A stretch of 48,762 bases of DNA, taken from assembly GCA_039027055.1 (NCBI GenBank), contig JBCCLD010000002.1:1-48762 (forward strand). The letters are read 5' to 3'. Origin of the DNA: Bacteroidota bacterium (GTDB taxonomy: Bacteria; Bacteroidota; Rhodothermia; Rhodothermales; Rubricoccaceae). This document shows positions 28,385 to 36,450 of the stretch, one piece after another. Below the pieces are notes generated by a model. The model did not search any database. It saw nothing but the letters and a program-made list of their open reading frames with translations, and was not told where the DNA came from. The translations under genes were made by a program, and so were the position numbers. How positions within the stretch are numbered: position 1 is the stretch's first letter; the number at the start of each line of letters is the position of its first letter.

Positions 28385-28546
28385 TGTGAGCGCAAGGGGT
28401 CTACCGCGCGATCACCTCTGGACGTGACGGGGTTGCCAGGTTGGTCAACCACCCCTGTCCCCTCCTATCCAGGAGGGGAACTGCGTTTGCGGCTTCCATG
28501 CCCGAGCAGCGATATCGCAAAAGACCGGTTGTTCATGCACTAGGCC
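28381..28546 (+). repeat. intergenic repeat family 1, copy B
   Basis: It fills the whole gap between two convergent genes. The 85 nt from gtcaacc to gcactag (28445-28544) match the reverse complement of 48663-48762 with one substitution. It contains the hairpin tcccctcct/aggagggga. Confidence 0.9.
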
Positions 28547-28550
28547 TCAC

Positions 28551-29450
28551 TCAAGGCGCCAGCGTCGCCAGCTGGCCCGTCTCAATGTTGGCGCGGAAGA
28601 CCTGCGCGTCGAAGAGCAGCCGCAGCGCCTGCAGGCCCGCGCCACTCTCCAGGTCGATCTCGACGGTCCGCTCGACGGATTGCTGGTCGGTGACGCCGCC
28701 GCCGACCTCGCGGGAGTAGGTCGCCTGGTAGGTGCCGGTGAGCCGCCCGGTGGCCTCGGCGGCCCAGCCGTCGCGCCCGGCGCTCGGCCCGCGCACGTTC
28801 TCGACCGCGAGCGTGAGCGTGTAGTTGGTGCCGACGAACACGTTGTCCTCGCGCGCGATGCGGTCGAGGCCCGTCAGCGCGAGGGTGCCGTTGACGGTGA
28901 GCGCCGCCGCATCGAGATCGGTGACGGTGAGGCTGCCCTGCATGGCGGTGAGGCGGCTGCTGCTGCCGGGGAGGTCCCGGTCGCTGGTGCCGCCCGTGAT
29001 GGCGACCTGGAGCGAGGTAGCGCGGTCGTTGGGCGCGTCGAACGACGAGATGGGGCGGCCGTCGGCCGTGAGGAAGTTGAGCGTGTACGTCCGGCGAATG
29101 TCGGCGAAGAAGTCGGTGCCGCGGCTGCCGCGGCTGCCGTCGGCGGTGACGCGCCAGGTCGTCGCAGGGTCGTCGAAGCGGTAGGTCCGCGTGACGGCGT
29201 CGGCGGCGTAGGTCAGCGGGGCCGACGCGGGCGAGATGGCCTGCACACGGGCGAGCGCAAGGTCGGCGGCGATGTCGAGCACACCGTTGGTATGCAGTGC
29301 GAGCGCGTTGGCGACGGACAGCGCGACATCTTCGGCGAGCGTCTCGGGCGGCGGCTCGCTCTCAGACGCAGTGTCGCAGCCCACGAGGAGGCTGAGGAAC
29401 AACGCGGCCCACAAGCAGCGGGGCACCCGGCGACAAGACGAAACGTTCAT
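28551..29450 (-). CDS. hypothetical lipoprotein
   Basis: MNVSSCRRVPRCLWAALFLSLLVGCDTASE is a lipoprotein signal. The remainder looks beta-rich, with no recognisable family. The start was trimmed to ATG 29450. Confidence 0.6.
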   Translation of the reverse strand: MNVSSCRRVPRCLWAALFLSLLVGCDTASESEPPPETLAEDVALSVANALALHTNGVLDIAADLALARVQAISPASAPLTYAADAVTRTYRFDDPATTWRVTADGSRGSRGTDFFADIRRTYTLNFLTADGRPISSFDAPNDRATSLQVAITGGTSDRDLPGSSSRLTAMQGSLTVTDLDAAALTVNGTLALTGLDRIAREDNVFVGTNYTLTLAVENVRGPSAGRDGWAAEATGRLTGTYQATYSREVGGGVTDQQSVERTVEIDLESGAGLQALRLLFDAQVFRANIETGQLATLAP

Positions 29451-29734
29451 GGCGGCGATATGGGCGGTGCGGAGGGACCCGGTCGGAGCCAGTGGCGCGG
29501 GCGTGGCAGGCCGCACGCATAGGCCACATGCAGCGCGACCACGCGCTTCCCGCGATGCACGTGGACGCTGCAAGTATACCATAATTGAACGCCTGTGCCG
29601 AGGATCTCTGCGTTACCCTGACTTTTGACTCGGGCGCTTTCGTGAAAATCGCCGCGCACGCGTGCGCATGTGGGTCGGCCGACTATATTGACTGCAGTCG
29701 CGTTGCGACCGTCGGATTGTGCCGCTTAGGTCGG

Positions 29735-30010
29735 CCGGCTCGTTCTCTCACATACGCGCGCGGGTGTCCGCGGGGACCGACTCGGTCGGCCTCGGGATGA
29801 AAAGGGAATCCGGTGCGAACGTGCAGGCGGTGTGGTGCCCTCCCCATGAGGGTGCTCACGCAGGTGCCCGTTCCAAGCCGGAGCTGTGCCCGCAACTGTA
29901 AGCGGTCGGCTGCCGCTGCGGATGCGTCGTCCACTGCCCCGTGCGGGCGGGAAGGGCGGCGCTGAGGCGGACCAGCCCCACGACCGTGAGCCAGGAGACC
30001 TGCCCGTGCG
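29735..30010 (+). promoter_or_regulatory. cobalamin (AdoCbl) riboswitch
   Basis: Conserved core elements are read directly: aaaagggaatccggtgcgaa, gtgcccgcaactgtaa, the B12-box region gtccactgcccc...gggcgggaaggg, and gtgagccaggagacctgcc. It lies upstream of a TonB-dependent receptor. The boundaries are approximate. Confidence 0.85.
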
Positions 30011-30151
30011 CCCACGCCCCCACGCCCTCCGGGACCAGAGGTGTCTGGCGTCATCGGCCCCACCGGCCTCGCTTCCCCGTGCGCACCCCCCATGCGCCGC
30101 GTTCTGGTGTGGCGTACCCTGTCCACGCGGCGGTGCACCTGGCCCATGCGA

Positions 30152-30181
30152 CCCGACCTCTCCCCGAGGCCGGGTTTTTTG
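30152..30181 (+). terminator. riboswitch expression-platform terminator/attenuator
   Basis: cccgacctc / gaggccggg form a stem (one mismatch) with loop tcccc, followed by T6 (30175-30180). It lies immediately before the GTG start at 30184. Confidence 0.6.
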
Positions 30182-30183
30182 TT

Positions 30184-32208
30184 GTGCCCGTGCGCCGCGC
30201 CCTCGCCCTGCTCCTCCTACTCGCCGTCCCCACCTCGGGAGCGGCCCAGGAGACCGTGCGCGACTCACTCCGCGGCACCACGCTGCTGCGCGACTCGCTC
30301 GGCGCGGTCACCGTCACCGCCACGCGTGCGCCGACCGCGCCCTCGGAGGCCCCCGGCCGCGTGACCGTGCTCACCCGCGCCGATGTCGCCGCCACCGGCA
30401 GCGCCAGCGTGGCCGATCTCCTCGACGCCCGCAGCGGGGCGTTCCTGCGCCGCTACGGCCCCGGCGGCCTCGCCAGTATCTCGCTGCGCGGCACGGGCGC
30501 GTCGCAGACACTCATCCTACTCGACGGCCACCGCATCGCCGATCCGCAGCTGGGGCAGCTCGACCTCTCGCTGCTGCCCGCCGTCCTGTTTGAACAGGTC
30601 GAGGTGGCGCACGGGCCAGGCAGCGCGCTTCACGGCACCGACGGGCTGGGCGGCGTGGTCAACCTGCGCACGGGTAGCACGGGACGCCAGGTCCGGGCCT
30701 ATGGCGAGACAGGAGCGTGGGGCACGCGCACCGCCGGGCTCCTCGTCCGCGACGAGGCACTGCTGCCCGCCACGACGCTCGGCGGCATGCTCGGAGGGGG
30801 CGCTCGTTTCGGCGTGCTCGCCGTCGCCGACGTGGCCGCGCACGAGGGCGACTACGCCTACTTCGACCCCACGCGCTTCGACAACGAGACGGGCACCTCG
30901 GGGCTGTGGCTACGCCGCGAGGACACCGACGAGCAGCGCCGCAACCTCCTCGCGCGCCTGCACCTCGGCACGGAGCGCACCCGCTCCAGCCTCGGCGTGT
31001 GGCACAGCGCCGCCGAGCGCGGCCTCTTCGCCTTCGGCGGCACCCGCGGCGAGCGGCAGTGGGACGAGCACCTCCGCGTCTGGACCGACCACACGCACCG
31101 CCTCGGCACGACGGAGCTGCGCGTGGGCGCGCTCGTGCAGGAAGGCCGCCTCCGCTTCCTCGGCGGCGGCGTGGACGACACGGGGGACACGCAGACCCTC
31201 TCGACGCAGGCGAGCCTCCAGCGCCCGTTTTCGGTGCACCTGCCCGTGGAGGGCGTCTGGACGCTGACTGCCGGGGGCCAGGCGACGTTCGGCCACGCCT
31301 CGCACCCGCAGCTGCGCGAGGACGCCACCGACCGCAGCCTCGCCGCCTACCTCAGCGCCGTCGGCGACTACGGCCGCGTGCGCCTCTTCCCGGCGCTCCG
31401 CTACGACGCCGTGCGCGCCGCCGACCAAGATTCGAGCGCGACGCTGGCAGCGTTCAGCCCCGCGCTCGGCCTCAACGTCCAGCCGCTCGCGCGCGTCCCG
31501 CTCTTTCTCAAGGTGAGTGCTCGCCGCGCCTTCCGCGCTCCCACCTTCAACGACCGCTTCTGGGGCTCCGTCGGCGACCCGGCGCTGCGCCCCGAGCGCG
31601 GCACGAGCCTCGACGCGGGGGCCGCGCTCGCGCTCCGTCGCCCCATCGCCCGCGAGGCGGCGCTGCACCTTGATGCCGAGGTGTCGTGGTTTGCGAGCCG
31701 CATCCGCGACCAGATCGCCTGGCGGCCCGGCAGCGACTTCGTATGGCGACCGGGCAACGTCGGCCGGGTGGTGACGCGCGGCTGGGAGCTGTCGGGGGCC
31801 GTCCGCTACGCCCGCGCCGGACGCACGGTGGAGGCGCGCGGCCTCGTCACGCTCACCGACGCCCGCGACCGCTCCAACCCGGAGTCGAGCAGCTACGACC
31901 AGCCGCTCCTCTACGTCCCCGACGAGCAGATCAAGGCCGGCCTCGGCGGCGGCACCGACCTCCTCCGCGTCGACGTGGACGTGCGGCACACCGGACGCCG
32001 CTACCACACGTCCGACGGCTCGCAGTCGCTCGCGCCCATCACCGTGCTCGACGTGCAGGCGCGCAGCCGCGTCGTGCTCTCGCGGCACGTCGCCGCCACG
32101 CTCGCGCTCCGCCTCGACAACGCCGCCGACCTCCGCTATGCGATCGTCCGACGTTTTCCGATGCCCCCGCGCCACCTCACCCTCCGCCTCGCCCTCGACA
32201 TCCGCTGA
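30184..32208 (+). CDS. btuB: TonB-dependent receptor, BtuB-like (vitamin B12/corrinoid transporter)
   Basis: Signal peptide VPVRRALALLLLLAVPTSGAAQE. Plug motifs are VTVTATR, GRVTVLTRADV, LRGTGASQTLILLDGHRIADP and IEVAHGPGSALHG. The C-terminal beta-barrel ends in aromatic-rich strands. It is controlled by the cobalamin riboswitch. The GTG start was chosen by signal-peptide logic. Confidence 0.85.
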   Translation: MPVRRALALLLLLAVPTSGAAQETVRDSLRGTTLLRDSLGAVTVTATRAPTAPSEAPGRVTVLTRADVAATGSASVADLLDARSGAFLRRYGPGGLASISLRGTGASQTLILLDGHRIADPQLGQLDLSLLPAVLFEQVEVAHGPGSALHGTDGLGGVVNLRTGSTGRQVRAYGETGAWGTRTAGLLVRDEALLPATTLGGMLGGGARFGVLAVADVAAHEGDYAYFDPTRFDNETGTSGLWLRREDTDEQRRNLLARLHLGTERTRSSLGVWHSAAERGLFAFGGTRGERQWDEHLRVWTDHTHRLGTTELRVGALVQEGRLRFLGGGVDDTGDTQTLSTQASLQRPFSVHLPVEGVWTLTAGGQATFGHASHPQLREDATDRSLAAYLSAVGDYGRVRLFPALRYDAVRAADQDSSATLAAFSPALGLNVQPLARVPLFLKVSARRAFRAPTFNDRFWGSVGDPALRPERGTSLDAGAALALRRPIAREAALHLDAEVSWFASRIRDQIAWRPGSDFVWRPGNVGRVVTRGWELSGAVRYARAGRTVEARGLVTLTDARDRSNPESSSYDQPLLYVPDEQIKAGLGGGTDLLRVDVDVRHTGRRYHTSDGSQSLAPITVLDVQARSRVVLSRHVAATLALRLDNAADLRYAIVRRFPMPPRHLTLRLALDIR

Positions 32209-32238
32209 TGGTCCCTCTCGTCCCAGCTGGCTGGTTTA

Positions 32239-32275
32239 GCGTCACAGCACGTGTTGCGTAGTGCGTATCGGGCCG
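32239..32275 (+). repeat. repeat family 2 copy
   Basis: gtcacagcacgtgttgcgtagtgcgtatcgggccgaa shares its first 20 nt (one mismatch) with 9659-9678. Confidence 0.7.
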
Positions 32276-32431
32276 AAGCCCGCATAGGCGGCACACCCGG
32301 ACCCACGCATCGGACAACCTAGAACACGAGACCTGCCTCCCATTCGCCCCTCCTTCTCCCCCACAGCCTCTCCTCACCGCCAACACGTCGCCTTGCTGCG
32401 GCGCACCGCTCACTCCTCAACCCCGCCTCCT

Positions 32432-33745
32432 ATGCGCCTCCTTTCGCTACTCACCCTCCTGCTCTTCATCGCGCCCACCTTTGCCCAGACCGCTGAGACG
32501 CGCGGCATCTACGTCCCGAGCCAGGGAGCCTTCGGCGCGGACAACGCCTCGCTCACCTTCGTCGACCCTGGCATGGGGAGCGCGTCTGAGATCTTCACCG
32601 ACCGCGTCTACACGCAGGGCGCGCAGATCATCGGCGACCGGCTCTACCTCACCGCAGGCAACGACGGCGCGAGCCGCATAGACGTGATCGACCTGACCAC
32701 GAACACGCAAGTCGCCCAGGTGACGGGCAGCCTCACCGAGCTCCGCAACCCACGCTACCTCACCGAGGTCGCCCCGGGCAAGGCCTACGTCACCAACCAG
32801 ACGTACGCCTTCGCCACGGAGGACCCCGCCTTCGTGAGCGTCCTCGACCTCGCCACAAACACGATCACCGCCAGCATCACGGTGGACCGCCAGCCCGAGG
32901 GCGTCGCAGCCGCGGCCGGACGCGCCTACGTGGCCCTCGGCGGCTTCGGCGAGCGCGACTCCCTCGCCGTGCTTGACATCGCCACAGACGCACTCGTGGA
33001 CTACGTCGACATCGGCTGCCCGGCGCGCCTCGTCTTCGCCGACAGCGAGGACGATATCTGGGCCGTCTGTGCCGACGAGGTCGTCATCCTAGCGGCGGCC
33101 GACGGCAGCGAAGTAGCCCGCATCGCGGCACCGCAGCCCATCGCGGTCGGCTTCGCGCAGGAGGCCACCTACGAACCGTTTACGAATACGCTGCTCGCGG
33201 TCGTAGCAGGGGGCGTGCTCATCTTCGACACGGAGCGCAACGTGCTGAACGGCTCGGCCGTGATCACGGGCGACGCCGCCGTGTCGGCCGTGGCGCTCGA
33301 TCCCGAGGGCGAGGTGGTCTACGCTGGGCGCCCCGACATCGACAACCCGTTCAGCGCAGCCGGCACCGTCACCGTCCACACCGTTGACGGGCAGCAGGTG
33401 GCGAGCTACCCGAGCGGCATCTACCCGACCTACGCCGCCGCCTACGTCGTGACCTCCGTCTCGAACGAGAGCGCTCAGCCGGACGCCGCGCTGGCCCTGG
33501 CCGCCTATCCGAACCCGTTTGCCGACGCCGCCACGGTCGAACTCACCCTCGGCGAGGCCGCCTCGGTGCAGCTCACGGTCTACGACGTGCTCGGCCGCGC
33601 CGTCGCTCGCCTCGCAGACGGCCCGGTCGCCGCCGGGACGCAGACGTTCCGCTTCGACGGCCGCGCGCTGCCCGCCGGACGCTACGTCGCTCGCGTCGTG
33701 ACGGGCGGCACCGTGCAGACGCTCCCGCTCACCCTCGCCCGCTAG
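32432..33745 (+). CDS. YncE/DUF5074-like beta-propeller surface protein with a T9SS C-terminal sorting domain
   Basis: Signal peptide MRLLSLLTLLLFIAPTFAQ. Repeated blade-like segments: RLYLTAGN..IDVIDLTTN, KAYVTNQ..VSVLDLATN, RAYVALGG..LAVLDIATD. CTD: LAAYPNPFADAATVELTL...LTVYDVLGRAVARL...GRYVARVVTGGTVQTLPLTLAR. Confidence 0.75.
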   Translation: MRLLSLLTLLLFIAPTFAQTAETRGIYVPSQGAFGADNASLTFVDPGMGSASEIFTDRVYTQGAQIIGDRLYLTAGNDGASRIDVIDLTTNTQVAQVTGSLTELRNPRYLTEVAPGKAYVTNQTYAFATEDPAFVSVLDLATNTITASITVDRQPEGVAAAAGRAYVALGGFGERDSLAVLDIATDALVDYVDIGCPARLVFADSEDDIWAVCADEVVILAAADGSEVARIAAPQPIAVGFAQEATYEPFTNTLLAVVAGGVLIFDTERNVLNGSAVITGDAAVSAVALDPEGEVVYAGRPDIDNPFSAAGTVTVHTVDGQQVASYPSGIYPTYAAAYVVTSVSNESAQPDAALALAAYPNPFADAATVELTLGEAASVQLTVYDVLGRAVARLADGPVAAGTQTFRFDGRALPAGRYVARVVTGGTVQTLPLTLAR

Positions 33746-33750
33746 TCGCC

Positions 33751-33978
33751 GTGTCCCTCCGCATCGACCGCTGCTACTGCTTCCAGCAGACCTTCGCCCG
33801 CCTGAAGGACACCGCTGCCGCCACCGGGGCCGACTCGGTGGCGGCGCTCCAGGCGCACGTCACGTTCGGGCAGAAGTGCAAGCTGTGCCACCCCTACACC
33901 CGGCGCATGCTCCAAACCGGGGAGACGGTCTTCCACGAGATCATCCGTGAAAAGGAGCCTGTGAAAAGGAGCCCGTGA
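33751..33978 (+). CDS. BFD-like (2Fe-2S)-binding domain protein
   Basis: The Cys pattern is CxC (RCYCF) ... CxxC (KCKLCHPY), followed by TGE, as in bacterioferritin-associated ferredoxin-like domains. It uses a GTG start. Confidence 0.7.
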   Translation: MSLRIDRCYCFQQTFARLKDTAAATGADSVAALQAHVTFGQKCKLCHPYTRRMLQTGETVFHEIIREKEPVKRSP

Positions 33979-34110
33979 AAGGGCAAACCGAGACAACGGC
34001 AGAACGACGAGACGGGGAAACGATTTGAGCGAATCATTCGTTGCAACGAGTATCAAGGCACGATCGGTCCCCCCTCGCCTCCCCGTTTCCCCTCCTCGCC
34101 GTCTCCTTCC

Positions 34111-34854
34111 GTGACCCTCCTCTACATCTTCCCGCACCCGGACGACGAGTCGTTCTGCCCGGGCCCCGCCATGGCGCGGCAGGCGCGCGAGGGCCACGCC
34201 GTCCACCTGCTCACGCTCACGCGGGGCGGTGCGACGAAGCAGCGGCACACCTACGGCTACTCCGTCGCGGAGATGGGCGCGATCCGGGAGCGCGAGACGC
34301 TAGCTGCCGCCGACGCCCTCGGCTGCACCTCGGCGGCCGTCCTCGACTTCCCCGACGGCGGCCTCGCCGACCTCGACCCACGCGACCTCGAAGCGGCGGT
34401 GCGCGACGCCATCCAGCGCGTGCGGCCCGATATCCTCGTGACCTACGCCGCGTACGGCAACAGCGGCCACCCCGACCACCTCGTCACCCACGCCGTCGTG
34501 AAACGGGTGTTTTGCGAGCTACGCGGCCAACCTGGCGCACCGCAGCGGCTTGCCCTTTTCACCCTCATCGAAGGCGAGATCGTGCGACCGCCTGACCACC
34601 TCCGCGGCGTGCCACGTGCCGGCATCGGGGCCATCGTGACGTTCACCAACGCCGACCGGCAACGCGGGAACGAGGCGCTGCGGTGCTACGAGACCTTTCA
34701 GTCCGTCGTGGACGAGCACGACCCGCTCAAGCAGGTCGCGGGCGGCGTCCCGTTCGTGTTGTTCCAGGAGACCGTCGAGGGCGTACTCGACGACCTCACC
34801 GCTGGGCTGACGAGGCGGCTGACCTCGCGTGTCGTCACCGGCGTCGGCGCGTGA
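34111..34854 (+). CDS. PIG-L/LmbE family deacetylase
   Basis: LLYIFPHPDDESF, LTLTRGG and the GHPDH motif. It uses a GTG start. Confidence 0.8.
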   Translation: MTLLYIFPHPDDESFCPGPAMARQAREGHAVHLLTLTRGGATKQRHTYGYSVAEMGAIRERETLAAADALGCTSAAVLDFPDGGLADLDPRDLEAAVRDAIQRVRPDILVTYAAYGNSGHPDHLVTHAVVKRVFCELRGQPGAPQRLALFTLIEGEIVRPPDHLRGVPRAGIGAIVTFTNADRQRGNEALRCYETFQSVVDEHDPLKQVAGGVPFVLFQETVEGVLDDLTAGLTRRLTSRVVTGVGA

Positions 34855-35110
34855 TGAGGCCTACGCCGAAGGCGAACAGCGCCGAGCCGAGCACCGCCCA
34901 GATCACCGGAAACGCCTCGCCGCCGATGCGCAGCACCCAGAACTCAGGGAAGTTGAACTCGGCGGCGATCCAGGTGCCGAGGTAAGCTCCGATCAGGCCC
35001 ACGACGGCCGAGACGAAGCAGCCGCCGAGCGAGTAGCCCGCGAGCGACTGTCCGATGGCCCCGCAAATCGCGGCGATGATGAGGTAGACGACGAAGCTGC
35101 CGAGCGTCAT
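34835..35110 (-). CDS. GlsB/YeaQ/YmgE family stress-response membrane protein
   Basis: MTLGSFVVYLIIAAICGAIGQSLAGYSLGGCFVSAVVGLIGAYLGTWI is the typical transglycosylase-associated family sequence. The protein is 91 aa with three TM segments. Confidence 0.85.
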   Translation of the reverse strand: MTLGSFVVYLIIAAICGAIGQSLAGYSLGGCFVSAVVGLIGAYLGTWIAAEFNFPEFWVLRIGGEAFPVIWAVLGSALFAFGVGLITRRRR

Positions 35111-35149
35111 GGCGCGGTCCGGTAGGTGAGCGAGGGTGGTCGCTCCAAC

Positions 35150-36292
35150 CTACGGCGTAGGCGCTAATAGTTCAGTACGGCCCTGGATGCGGCTCCAGAG
35201 TCCGCGAAACGCCTCAACGTCGAGGGCACTCAGGTCGGGGCGCTGCTGCTCGAAGGTCCAGGCCCCGGCGTTGTCCTGGTAGAGCCAGAACGTGAAGACG
35301 AACGGCGCCTCGGCGTCGGTGGCGGCCCCGCCGATGCGGCCGAAGCGGAGGTCGTGCACGAGGAGGCGGTCTCCGCGCTGCTCGGCGGCGTACCAGCCCT
35401 GCGAGAACCACCGGAGCGTTTCGAGCGCACGCGACCCCTCGGCGGGCGCGAGCAACGCGGCCCGCTGCGGGATGACGAGGCCCTGCGTGAGGTCGAGCGT
35501 GCCCGGCGCGTCGGCGAGCGCGTAGGTCTGCGCGATGAACGCTGCCTCGTCGTCGGCTCCGTCTACGGTATCACAGGGATGGAGGGCGCTACCGGGCGGC
35601 ACCTCCACAAGCACGTTCCACGCGAGCGTCGTGAACGGGAGGGCGGCTACGAGCGTGCGGCCGTCCGCATGCTGGGCGTTGGCCACGTCGCCGACGGTCG
35701 CGCGTGCCCAGGCGTGCGCGACGAGGCTCCACCCCGCGTAGGCGGTGCTGAGCATCAGGCCCGCAACCACGACGCGACGCCGCCAGGGATGATCGCGCCG
35801 CAGCGCAAGCGCGAGGCCCACGCCCAGCACCAGCCATACCGTGTAGAGCGGGTCGATGATGAAGAGCGAGCCGACCGAGACGGGGGTGTCACTGAACGGC
35901 TGGAAGAGCTGCGTCCCGTAGATCGTGAGCGCGTCGAGGAGCGGGTGCGTGACGAGCGCAACGACGGCGACGGTACCCCAGAGCCGCCACGAGGTCGCTG
36001 TTCGCAGCGCCTCGCTCGGCTCGGGTCCCGCCCGGTTCAGACGCCATCGGTAGAAGCGTGCGATGAGCCATCCGAGGAGCGGCCCTGCGACGAAGCCGAA
36101 CAGCAGCCCGTGCGTGAGGCCGCGGTGGAAGTACAGCTCGCCCATCGGGTCGAGGAACGGGTAGGCGAAGATATCGAGGTCGGGGAGCGTCCCGGCGACC
36201 CCGCCCCAGAGGGCTGCCCGGCCGCCGACGCGCCGCCCGGCGACCGCTTCGCCGCAGGCCGCGCCCAGCGCGATTTGGGTGAGAGAATCCAA
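35150..36292 (-). CDS. membrane-bound metal-dependent hydrolase, YdjM/DUF457-like, with a C-terminal extension
   Basis: A TTG start gives MDSLTQIALGAACGEAV...GTLPDLDIF...HRGLTHGLLF, the canonical DUF457 N-terminus. The ORF-track start at 36370 adds non-homologous residues. Confidence 0.75.
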   Translation of the reverse strand: MDSLTQIALGAACGEAVAGRRVGGRAALWGGVAGTLPDLDIFAYPFLDPMGELYFHRGLTHGLLFGFVAGPLLGWLIARFYRWRLNRAGPEPSEALRTATSWRLWGTVAVVALVTHPLLDALTIYGTQLFQPFSDTPVSVGSLFIIDPLYTVWLVLGVGLALALRRDHPWRRRVVVAGLMLSTAYAGWSLVAHAWARATVGDVANAQHADGRTLVAALPFTTLAWNVLVEVPPGSALHPCDTVDGADDEAAFIAQTYALADAPGTLDLTQGLVIPQRAALLAPAEGSRALETLRWFSQGWYAAEQRGDRLLVHDLRFGRIGGAATDAEAPFVFTFWLYQDNAGAWTFEQQRPDLSALDVEAFRGLWSRIQGRTELLAPTP

Positions 36293-36450
36293 GAGACGTG
36301 GGGAAGCGTGGAGGTGCAGCCCCCTCCAACGTGCACCCTCAGCGGACGTTCGCGGTCCATTGGTCTGCACCTTTGCCGCGAGGCGGCTCTAGGGGCTACC
36401 TCTGGAAGCGGAGAGCTTGGCGTATCCCACTCATATCGTCGCTGCCTGCC

